64,000 nucleotides of DNA from Candidatus Falkowbacteria bacterium (GTDB taxonomy: Bacteria > Patescibacteriota > Patescibacteriia > Patescibacteriales > GWE2-39-37). Shown here one piece after another: positions 1-11,564 of this stretch (position 1 is the first letter of the stretch; the number at the start of each line of letters is the position of its first letter). The notes below the pieces were generated by a model. The model searched no databases. It was not told where the DNA came from and saw only the letters and a program-made list of their open reading frames with translations. The DNA lies in NCBI GenBank assembly GCA_013336275.1, contig JAAXUA010000002.1, positions 45,057-109,056 on the forward strand, read 5' to 3'. The position numbers and the translations under genes are program-made.

Positions 1-497
1 AGGGCGTAATCGCCCATGAGCTGTCGCACATCGGCAACCGTGACATCCTGATTTCCACGGTCGTCACGGTCTTGGTCGGCGTAGTAGTCCTATTAGCCGA
101 TTGGTTCAGGCACTGGTCATTTTTCGGTCACAGCAAATCAGACAGCGACAATCGTGACGGCCGCATTACCCTGATCATTACGGTGCTGGCAATCGTTTTG
201 TCGATTCTGGCTCCGATTTTCGCCTATATGATGCAGTTTGCCATCTCGCGCAAGCGTGAGTTTTTGGCTGATGCTGACGGTGCGCTTTTGACCCGCTATC
301 CGGAAGGTTTGGCTCGAGCACTGGAAAAGATATCTGCCGACCAGGAGCCGCTAGAAGTGGCCAACCGGGCCACGGCTCACATGTACATCGTTACGCCGCT
401 CAAAGGCGAGGCGGCAATCGGCTGGTTCTCGAAATTGTTCATGACTCATCCGCCGGTCGAAGAGCGCATCAAAGCTCTGCGAAGCCAGGGGGTTTAA
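1..497 (+). CDS. htpX: Zinc metalloprotease HtpX (M48), 5'-truncated by the window edge
   Basis: Frame is open from nt 3: GVIAHELSHIGNRD (HExxH); also SRKREFLADA and THPPVEERI motifs. Confidence 0.92.
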   Translation, partial: GVIAHELSHIGNRDILISTVVTVLVGVVVLLADWFRHWSFFGHSKSDSDNRDGRITLIITVLAIVLSILAPIFAYMMQFAISRKREFLADADGALLTRYPEGLARALEKISADQEPLEVANRATAHMYIVTPLKGEAAIGWFSKLFMTHPPVEERIKALRSQGV

Positions 498-502
498 GGG
501 TT

Positions 503-1237
503 ATGTGGAATCAAGAGAAAATAACCGACCACGCCCAGGCCGCCAGGCTGCTCTGCCAGATAAAGGATAGCTCATTTTCATTGATCGCGAGCAGACGCGA
601 TGTCAGCGAGTATGAGGTGCAGCAGCACATCGTCGAACAGTTCGTCCGTAACGGCTTAGTGACTGATCGCGACAGCGCGATTGTTGCCTTTGATACGAAT
701 ACGTCTTTCGTCCACTATTATCCGACCAAAGAGTGTAAGCAGCTAGAACCGGAGTCGCTGATTATGATCGACCTTTGGGCCAGGCTGGATAAGGATGACG
801 CGCCATTTGCAGATATCACCTGGATGGCTTACTATGGAGATTCACCAGCCTCAGAGATTGCGGCCGTATACGTTTTAGTGATCAAGGCCAGGGATGCCGG
901 TTTGAAGCTGATTAGGAGAAATTTGAAAAAGGGACAGATGCCGACCGGCAAGATGGTCGACGATGAGGTGCGCAAGGTGATTGCGACCGCTGGTTACGGC
1001 GATAAATTTCTCCACACCACCGGGCATAGCTTGGGTTTCGATTCGCCTCACGGCAAGGAATTCGGGCTCAACTGGAAAAGCGAGCGCCCCTTGATCAAGA
1101 ATCTGGCTTACACCATCGAACCAGGGGTCTATCTGGAAAATAGGTTCGGCGTGCGCTCGGAAATCGATTTCTATATAGACGACAAATTGGAACTCATCAT
1201 AACGACCGATGTTCAAAAAGAGTTGGTTATGATTTAA
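503..1237 (+). CDS. M24 family (Xaa-Pro aminopeptidase-like) metallopeptidase, catalytic domain only
   Basis: Pita-bread metal ligands: IDLW, ADIT, HTTGHSLG, TIEPGVY, GVRSE. Confidence 0.85.
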   Translation: MWNQEKITDHAQAARLLCQIKDSSFSLIASRRDVSEYEVQQHIVEQFVRNGLVTDRDSAIVAFDTNTSFVHYYPTKECKQLEPESLIMIDLWARLDKDDAPFADITWMAYYGDSPASEIAAVYVLVIKARDAGLKLIRRNLKKGQMPTGKMVDDEVRKVIATAGYGDKFLHTTGHSLGFDSPHGKEFGLNWKSERPLIKNLAYTIEPGVYLENRFGVRSEIDFYIDDKLELIITTDVQKELVMI

Positions 1238-1265
1238 CTAGGAAAGTTATTATAAATAATCTTCG

Positions 1266-1345
1266 TAGGTCCGGCTTTCAACATCATTTTTATCACTTAG
1301 ACGGGTACGTATGCGCGATAAAAATGATGTTGAAAGCCGGACTAG
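1266..1345. mobile_element. MITE-like element: 26-bp perfect inverted repeat, 22-nt spacer, flanked by TAG direct repeats
   Basis: GTCCGGCTTTCAACATCATTTTTATC (1269-1294) and its exact reverse complement (1317-1342); TAG at 1266-1268 and 1343-1345. Confidence 0.55.
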
Positions 1346-1379
1346 CGCAAAGATATTAACAAATAATAGATAAAATAAT

Positions 1380-2792
1380 ATGCCAAAAACAGATTATCAA
1401 AAAATGGAAAAGGAATTATTCTTCGAAAAGAGAAATGCTTGGGAGGTTTGGGACGAAAAGCAGACCAAAGAAGCAATGAATTTTTCTGAAGGGTATAAGA
1501 AGTTTTTAGATGAGGCTAAGACCGCGCGCGAGTCGGTCAAGGCTGGCGTCCGTTTGGCTGAAAAGGCCGGCTTCAAGGCTTTGGACAAGTCTGGCAAGCT
1601 CAAAGCCGGAGACAAAGTCTACGCAGTGAACAAGAATAAGACTTTGGCGCTCGTAGTGGTTGGCAAAGATATGGTCGAAGACGGTTTCAGCTTGGTGATG
1701 TCTCACATCGATTCGCCGCATCTTGATTTGAAGGTCAACCCGCTTTACGAAGATGAGGCGATGGCTTTTTTCAAGACCCACTATTACGGCGGGATCAAGA
1801 AATACCATTGGCCCACCACGCCTTTAGCCTTGCACGGCACGGTCGTTTTGGCGAGCGGCAAAAAGGTTGAAATCAAGATCGGCGAAAAAGAGAGCGATCC
1901 GATTTTCATGATTACCGACTTGCTGCCCCATTTGGGCAAGAGCCAGGCGAAAAAGAGCATTGATGAAGCCGTGGCGGGTGAAGAGCTGAATATTTTAGTC
2001 GGTTCTTTGCCGGTCAAAGATGACAAGGTTAAGGCCAAGGTCAAATTGGCGATCATGGAACATCTGAACAAGGAATACGGGATTATAGGCGAAGATTTTT
2101 TCAGCGCCGAAATCGAGGCCATGCCTGAGGCCAAGGCGCGCGACCTGGGCTTTGACCGTTCATTCGTTGCCGCCTTCGGCCAGGATGACCGTGTCTGTGC
2201 CTACGCTTCGTTGGCTGCGTTGTTCAAGAGCAAAGCGGGCAAACGGACTCAGGTCTGCCTGTGGGTCGATCGCGAGGAGATCGGTTCTGATGGCACGACC
2301 GGGGCTAAATCGATATTTATCGAAAGCCTGGTGGCCGAGCTCCTGGAAAAAACCGGCAAGAAGGGCACTATGCGCGAGGTTTATCAGGTAATGGAGAAGA
2401 GTGAGGCGCTTTCGAGCGATGTGACGGCCGGTTACGACCCGGACTACAAGAGCGTCCACGACCCGATGAACGTAGCCAAGATCGGCTGCGGCGTGGCGGT
2501 TGAGCGGCACACCGGCTATGGCGGCAAATACGGCACGACCGAGGCTAGCGCCGAGTTCGTCCAGCGCTTGCGCACCATTTTTAATAAGAACAAGGTGATT
2601 TGGCAGACTGCGGGTCTCGGAAAAGTCGACGAGGGCGGCGGCGGCACGATCGCCAAGTTTTTGGCCGAACGCAATATGGAGGTCATCGATATCGGCGTGG
2701 CCTTGATGAATATGCACGCCCCGATGGAAATCGCTTCGAAAGCCGACATCTACTCGGCCTACCAGTCATATATTGCATTTTATCAGGCATAA
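1380..2792 (+). CDS. M18 family aminopeptidase (aspartyl aminopeptidase-like)
   Basis: SHIDSPHL, HYYGGIKKYHW, GQDDRVC, DREEIGS, SSDV and NMHAPMEI motifs. Confidence 0.9.
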   Translation: MPKTDYQKMEKELFFEKRNAWEVWDEKQTKEAMNFSEGYKKFLDEAKTARESVKAGVRLAEKAGFKALDKSGKLKAGDKVYAVNKNKTLALVVVGKDMVEDGFSLVMSHIDSPHLDLKVNPLYEDEAMAFFKTHYYGGIKKYHWPTTPLALHGTVVLASGKKVEIKIGEKESDPIFMITDLLPHLGKSQAKKSIDEAVAGEELNILVGSLPVKDDKVKAKVKLAIMEHLNKEYGIIGEDFFSAEIEAMPEAKARDLGFDRSFVAAFGQDDRVCAYASLAALFKSKAGKRTQVCLWVDREEIGSDGTTGAKSIFIESLVAELLEKTGKKGTMREVYQVMEKSEALSSDVTAGYDPDYKSVHDPMNVAKIGCGVAVERHTGYGGKYGTTEASAEFVQRLRTIFNKNKVIWQTAGLGKVDEGGGGTIAKFLAERNMEVIDIGVALMNMHAPMEIASKADIYSAYQSYIAFYQA

Positions 2793-2796
2793 ACAT

Positions 2797-3156
2797 ATGG
2801 GAATCAGAGTCGAATTCAATCCTGACCTTTGCTTGCGCGACATTTCAGAATATCGAGCAGGCAGGCGGCTCGAGGCGGAGTGCCTGCCTGAGCAGCTAAC
2901 CGAGGGCGCGGTATATGATTTTTTGAAATCAGACCAGCGGCTTTACTGGCTGTTCGGCGAACTGCCGCTGCGCGAGACCAAGGGTGGAGAAAAATTATCA
3001 CTGCCCAAGGCCAGTGTGATCATCAAGGAAGTCACGCACTTCGTTCGAGACGGTAAAATATTCACCAAGGGCAGATATGAAGTGGCCAAGGTGTTATCCG
3101 ATACGGATGATTATTTCGAGGGTTATGAAATCAAGAAACGGGACCATGAGCAATAA
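2797..3156 (+). CDS. Hypothetical protein
   Basis: ATG at 2797 (MGIRVEFNPDLCLR), 4 nt after the upstream stop; operon packing. Confidence 0.7.
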   Translation: MGIRVEFNPDLCLRDISEYRAGRRLEAECLPEQLTEGAVYDFLKSDQRLYWLFGELPLRETKGGEKLSLPKASVIIKEVTHFVRDGKIFTKGRYEVAKVLSDTDDYFEGYEIKKRDHEQ

Positions 3157-3301
3157 GGAACTGCAGGAAAAACTGAAACCGAAAAAGCGCAACAACCCGG
3201 TTGATGACGCGATTAAGACGATTCTCAAATCGCAGTCCGAATGCTGCGTAAGAGCCAGGGCGAAATTAGAGGAATTAGAAAAAAAAGATGAAGAAAAATA
3301 G
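3146..3301 (+). CDS. Small hypothetical protein (51 aa)
   Basis: MSNKELQEKLKPKK...; overlaps both neighbours, which suggests translational coupling. Confidence 0.5.
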   Translation: MSNKELQEKLKPKKRNNPVDDAIKTILKSQSECCVRARAKLEELEKKDEEK

Positions 3302-4547
3302 TATCAGAAAACCGGAGCTGTTGGCACCGGCGGGCAATCTGGAAAAGATGAAGACTGCGTTCGCTTTCGGAGCGGATGCTGTTTATGCCGGCATTCCGGA
3401 CTTTTCCCTGCGTACGCGTATCAATGACTTCACTTTGGCCAGCCTGAAAGAAGCTGTCGAGTATGCTCGCGAACGGGGCAAGAAAGTCTATGTGACGATC
3501 AATATCTTCGCCCATAACGAGCATCTGGCTAAATTGCCGGGATATTTGAAAGAGCTTAAGAAGATCAAGCCCGATGCGCTGATCGTGTCCGACCCGGGAG
3601 TAATCAGCATGATCAAGAAGCAGTGGCCGGAGGCGGAAATCCACCTCTCGACCCAGGCTAACTGCACGAATTCGTCAGCGGCTGAGTTTTGGTGGAAAAG
3701 CGGAGTCAAGCGCGTCATCTTGGGCCGGGAAGTCGCTTATGAAGATATCCTTTCGATAAAAAAGGCCGTGCCGAAGCTGGAGCTGGAAACTTTCATCCAT
3801 GGCGCCATGTGCATGGCCTATTCCGGGCGCTGCTTCCTTTCGAAATTTCTGGTTGGCCGCAGCGGCAATCTGGGAGACTGCGTCCAGCCGTGCCGCTGGA
3901 ATTACGGTTCGGCTAGTATCGCCATCAAGCCGGATGGGCACGATTCGGAATTCGAATTAGTCGAGGAGCAGCATGGTTCCTATATCCTGAATTCCAATGA
4001 CATGTGTTTGATGAAGCGCATGCCTGAATTGATGGCCAGCGGCCTGGATTCTCTCAAGATCGAGGGGCGAGCCAAGAGCGCTTATTATCTGGCGGCCGTC
4101 GTCGGCGCCTATCGTAAGGCCATTGATGAATTATCAAGTGGTAAAACGGATGACCGGGCGCAAAAGCTTCTGGCCAAGAAGCTATTCAAAGAACTGGAAG
4201 AAAAATTGGTCCATCGCGGCTATACCGAGGGGTTTATGTTTGGCGAGGGCAAGAGTGCTCAGAATCTTGCAAATTCTCATAATGAATGTGCTTGGGAGTT
4301 TTGCGGCCAAGTCATTGGTTCAAAAAATGGACTTACTTTAGTCAAAATACATAATGCTTTGCGGGTTGGAGACCAGATTGAGGCGCTTTTGCCCGGGTAT
4401 GATATAATAAGGAAAAAGGTGGATAGGATTATTGATGCGGAAACGGGCGAACCCTTAGAATCAGCCCATGGCGGCCAGGGAAGGATGGCGCTTCTTGATT
4501 TTAAGAGGGACGTGCCGGAGTTCAGTGTTTTGAGAAGAAGGGTTTAA
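3288..4547 (+). CDS. U32 family protein (TrhP/YegQ-like Fe-S tRNA hydroxylase)
   Basis: KPELLAPAG, GADAVY, HLSTQAN, HGAMCMAYSGRC..GDCVQPCR and LKIEGRAKS motifs. Confidence 0.88.
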   Translation: MKKNSIRKPELLAPAGNLEKMKTAFAFGADAVYAGIPDFSLRTRINDFTLASLKEAVEYARERGKKVYVTINIFAHNEHLAKLPGYLKELKKIKPDALIVSDPGVISMIKKQWPEAEIHLSTQANCTNSSAAEFWWKSGVKRVILGREVAYEDILSIKKAVPKLELETFIHGAMCMAYSGRCFLSKFLVGRSGNLGDCVQPCRWNYGSASIAIKPDGHDSEFELVEEQHGSYILNSNDMCLMKRMPELMASGLDSLKIEGRAKSAYYLAAVVGAYRKAIDELSSGKTDDRAQKLLAKKLFKELEEKLVHRGYTEGFMFGEGKSAQNLANSHNECAWEFCGQVIGSKNGLTLVKIHNALRVGDQIEALLPGYDIIRKKVDRIIDAETGEPLESAHGGQGRMALLDFKRDVPEFSVLRRRV

Positions 4548-4557
4548 AATCGCATAA

Positions 4558-4573
4558 CCTGCCGGCAGGCAGG
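4558..4573. repeat. Partial copy of the CCTGCCTGCCGGCAGGCAGG palindrome within degenerate 7-mer repeats
   Basis: CCTGCCGGCAGGCAGG matches 58013-58028; flanked by CGCATAA / AGCATAA / CGCGTAA. Confidence 0.7.
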
Positions 4574-4589
4574 AGCATAACGCGTAAAG

Positions 4590-5177
4590 ATGATTTCATA
4601 TTTGAAAGGACAACTCAAAGGCAAGCATAAGAATTATTTCATCGTGGTAGTGGCTGATGTCGGCTACCAGGTATTCGTCAATCAGACACTGTTCTCAGAG
4701 TTTGTTGCCGGGCAGCCAATCGAGCTGTACACCCATCAATACATCAAGGAAGATGCGTTAGACCTTTATGGTTTTAAGGGTTTGGAAGAGCTGGAGATGT
4801 TCGAGCTGCTTTTGTCTATTTCGGGCGTCGGTCCGAAATCTGCCTTGGGCATCTTGTCGGTCGCCAAGACCGAGGAGCTCAAGGTGACTATAGCGCGCGG
4901 AGATTCGTCGATTCTGACGAAGGTCTCCGGCATCGGCCGCAAGACTGCCGAGCGCATCGTGCTCGAGCTGCGCGACAAGGTTGCGGCGATCGGCACCGGA
5001 GAAATGATCGCTGGCGGCGGCTCATCGTCAGGCATGGCGCAAAGCGACGAGATCGATGCCTTGTTGGCTTTGGGGTACAGCCTACAGCAAGCGCGCGAAG
5101 CATTGCGCGAGATCGATCCGTCATTGAAGAATTCCAGCGAGCGCATCAGGGCGGCATTAAAAACCTTAGGCAAATAA
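4590..5177 (+). CDS. ruvA: Holliday junction branch migration protein RuvA
   Basis: MISYLKG, LYGF, SGVGPKSAL and GIGRKTAERIVLELRDK HhH motifs; C-terminal ALLALGYS. Confidence 0.96.
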   Translation: MISYLKGQLKGKHKNYFIVVVADVGYQVFVNQTLFSEFVAGQPIELYTHQYIKEDALDLYGFKGLEELEMFELLLSISGVGPKSALGILSVAKTEELKVTIARGDSSILTKVSGIGRKTAERIVLELRDKVAAIGTGEMIAGGGSSSGMAQSDEIDALLALGYSLQQAREALREIDPSLKNSSERIRAALKTLGK

Positions 5178-5186
5178 AACAATTCT

Positions 5187-6176
5187 ATGAATATCGTACA
5201 CGTTTCCGACAAGAAGCAGCTTGACGATTTCGTCGGCGGCCAAAAGAATAGCCAGTTCATCCAGTCATGGGAGTGGGGCGAGTTCCAAAAAGATGTCAGC
5301 GGCAATGTCTGGCGTATCGCAGTTGAGGATGCCGGCCAGCTGGTGGCCTCAGCCAAGGTCATTAAGAAGGACCTGCCCATGGGCAAGAGTTATTTCTATT
5401 GCGGCCGCGGTCCGATTTTCGCCGACGCAGTCTGGCACGAAGAGGCTGCGCGGCTGCTTTATGCGGAAATCGAGCGTATTGCCAAAGATGAGATGGTCAT
5501 GTTCATGCGCTTCGATCCTTATTTCGACTGTCACAACGAGATGCAGCGGCTGGCTGGCGATCGTCCGTTCTTCAAGACGACCGATGTGCAGCCGAGCAAG
5601 ACATTGATCGTAGACATCTCTGGCGAGCCTGAAGAAATCTTGAAGAATATGCATCAGAAGACCCGTTATAATATCAAATTAGCGGAGAAGAAAGGCATTA
5701 AGGTGGTTGAGGCCGGCAAGGAGCGATTCGAGGAATTTTGGACCTTGTTGGATCAGACTACTGGACGAGATAAGTTCCGGCCGCATGGACGGAGCTACTA
5801 CCAAGAGATGCTCGACCTGCCAAGCGATTTTTTGAAGCTGCTCTTTGCCGAATATCGAGGCAAAGCGATTGCTGCCAGTATCGTCTCGTTTTTCGGCGAT
5901 ACCGCGACGTATCTCCATGGCGGCTCGGCCAATGACGAGCGCAATGTCATGGCACCCTATGCCTTGCAGTGGCAGACTATATTGATGGCTAAAGCGCAGG
6001 GTCTGAGCTATTACGACCTGCATGGCGCTGATGAGAAGAAGTGGCCCGGCGTAACCAAGTTCAAGCAAGGCTTCGGTGGCACGGAGATCGAGTATCCCGG
6101 AACTTTCGACCTCGTGTTCGACCAAGGCTGGTATGCCATCTACAAAATGGTGAGACAAGTGCGCAGAAGTTTTTAG
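5187..6176 (+). CDS. FemABX family peptidoglycan peptidyltransferase (FemX-like)
   Basis: FIQSWEWGEF, RGP, KTRYNIKLAEKKG, YLHGGS, YDLHG and GVTKFKQGFGG motifs. Confidence 0.9.
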   Translation: MNIVHVSDKKQLDDFVGGQKNSQFIQSWEWGEFQKDVSGNVWRIAVEDAGQLVASAKVIKKDLPMGKSYFYCGRGPIFADAVWHEEAARLLYAEIERIAKDEMVMFMRFDPYFDCHNEMQRLAGDRPFFKTTDVQPSKTLIVDISGEPEEILKNMHQKTRYNIKLAEKKGIKVVEAGKERFEEFWTLLDQTTGRDKFRPHGRSYYQEMLDLPSDFLKLLFAEYRGKAIAASIVSFFGDTATYLHGGSANDERNVMAPYALQWQTILMAKAQGLSYYDLHGADEKKWPGVTKFKQGFGGTEIEYPGTFDLVFDQGWYAIYKMVRQVRRSF

Positions 6177-6245
6177 CACAGGGTTTTTGTAATTAGAAGA
6201 CGAGCAGCAGAGCTGGTATTGTTCAGAAGCAATTAAATTATCATC

Positions 6246-7637
6246 ATGAATACAATTTTAAATATCATAAAACGCGCGATTCCCAAAAAACTGTTCAAGT
6301 CGCTCCAGCCGAGCTACCATTACGCAATGAGCTGGTTAGCATCGGTCGCCTATCGTGCCCCATCGAATAAATTAATAGTCATCGGTGTTACTGGGACCAC
6401 CGGTAAAACCACCAGCACTTTTTTGATCGCCAAGACGCTTGCCGCCTTGGGCTACAAAGTCGGTTACACTTCAACGGCCATGTTCAACGATGGCCAACGG
6501 GAGTGGCTCAACGATAAGAAAATGACGATGCCCGGGCGATTCTTCACTCAAGCGATTTTGGCCAAGATGGTCGAGAACGGCTGCCAGTATGCGATCGTCG
6601 AGACAACCTCTGAGGGTATTCGTCAGTTCCGCCATCGTTTCATTAATTACGACATCCTGGTTTTTACCGGCCTTTACCCGGAACACATCGAATCGCATGG
6701 CGGCTTCGAAAATTATAAGCAGGCCAAGGGGCGGCTGTTCTCCCATCTGAAGAGCTGCAAGACTAAATATATCGACGAACAGAAGCGGGTCAGCTTGGCC
6801 GAAACCTCGATCAAGAAGCTTGACCTGCAGCGCGTCAAAAAGACCATCATTCTTAATCTTGACGATGAGCATGTGGATTATTTCGGCGGATTCTGGTCGG
6901 AAAGCAAGTGGGGTTTCAGCCGGCGCAAATACAGTTCCAGCCGCGAGCTTTCCGTCTTGACCTATGACCACATAATCAACACTCAGTCAGGACTAAACTT
7001 CGCCGTCAATGATACGAAATTCCGCTTGAAATTGCTGGGGGAATTCAACGCCACAAACGCCATGACCGCCATCGCGGTAGCTATGGACCAGGGCAAAGAG
7101 TTGGGACGCATCAGGGCCGCGCTTGAAACAATCCTCGGGGTTCCCGGCCGGCTTGAACGCATCGATGCAGGTCAGGATTTCGCCGTAATTGTCGATTATG
7201 CCTTCGAGCCTAATGCAGTCAGCAAGCTTTATGAGACTATCGAGGCCATCCCGCATCAGCGCAAGCTGCACGTGTTGGGTTCGGCTGGCGGCGGCCGGGA
7301 TACTTCAAGACGGCCGATTTTAGGGAGAATAGCCGGAGAAAGGGCAGATACGGTCATCGTTACCAATGAGGATCCTTACGATGAGAATCCGGAGATAATT
7401 GTCGACCAGGTGATCGTCGGAGCGGAAAAGGCCGGAAAAGTCTTGAACGAGGACCTTTTCAAGATTATGGACCGCCGACAGGCCATCGCCAAAGCTCTTG
7501 GCCTGGCTCAAGCAGGCGATATAGTGCTTATTACGGGCAAAGGCTCAGAACAGGGCATAGTCGGTCCGCATGGCAAAATCGAGGTTTGGGACGACCGGAA
7601 AGTCGTTAGGGAAGAGCTAGCCAAGCTCGGTATTTGA
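6246..7637 (+). CDS. murE: MurE-like UDP-MurNAc-tripeptide synthetase
   Basis: GVTGTTGKTTS P-loop, VETTSEG, EHIESHG, GEFNATNA, VPGRLE, IVDYA, GGGRD and LITGKGSE. Confidence 0.85.
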   Translation: MNTILNIIKRAIPKKLFKSLQPSYHYAMSWLASVAYRAPSNKLIVIGVTGTTGKTTSTFLIAKTLAALGYKVGYTSTAMFNDGQREWLNDKKMTMPGRFFTQAILAKMVENGCQYAIVETTSEGIRQFRHRFINYDILVFTGLYPEHIESHGGFENYKQAKGRLFSHLKSCKTKYIDEQKRVSLAETSIKKLDLQRVKKTIILNLDDEHVDYFGGFWSESKWGFSRRKYSSSRELSVLTYDHIINTQSGLNFAVNDTKFRLKLLGEFNATNAMTAIAVAMDQGKELGRIRAALETILGVPGRLERIDAGQDFAVIVDYAFEPNAVSKLYETIEAIPHQRKLHVLGSAGGGRDTSRRPILGRIAGERADTVIVTNEDPYDENPEIIVDQVIVGAEKAGKVLNEDLFKIMDRRQAIAKALGLAQAGDIVLITGKGSEQGIVGPHGKIEVWDDRKVVREELAKLGI

Positions 7638-7766
7638 CACGGTTATCGGCTGTTGATAAGTTGTGGACCTTCTTGAATTTTGTCTGACGATATTTTGGGT
7701 AAAATAAGCTAATATTAAATAAAAAATGGCAAATCTTGCCAGGTTTTATTTTTTTTGCATCTACTC

Positions 7767-7795
7767 TTGACAACTTCGCCCAAGGTTGTTAAGAT
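7767..7795 (+). promoter_or_regulatory. Sigma70-type promoter upstream of rpoB
   Basis: TTGACA-N17-TAAGAT, about 290 nt upstream of the rpoB ATG. Confidence 0.6.
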
Positions 7796-8085
7796 AATAA
7801 AGTCTCAAAATACTTAACATTTAAAACTATTAGATAGTTTTTAGAAGAAAACGGAACACTGTCACAGAGTTGTGATATCGAATACCGTTTTTTTATTTTT
7901 TTGACTGACCGCCTCTCCTTTTTATTGTGCTAAAGTTAGATAATTATCGGCTTGCATACAAGGGCCGAATATTTAATAATTTTCTCCCCGTGCGTTAAAT
8001 TTCTAAAAATAGAGTGGCTATCTTTCCAAGGTAAATTAAATATCAATTAATATAACTCAAGAGTAACTAAACTTGAGATTTTTTT

Positions 8086-11541
<3,456 letters not shown>

Positions 11542-11564
11542 TTAATTATAACACTCGACATACT

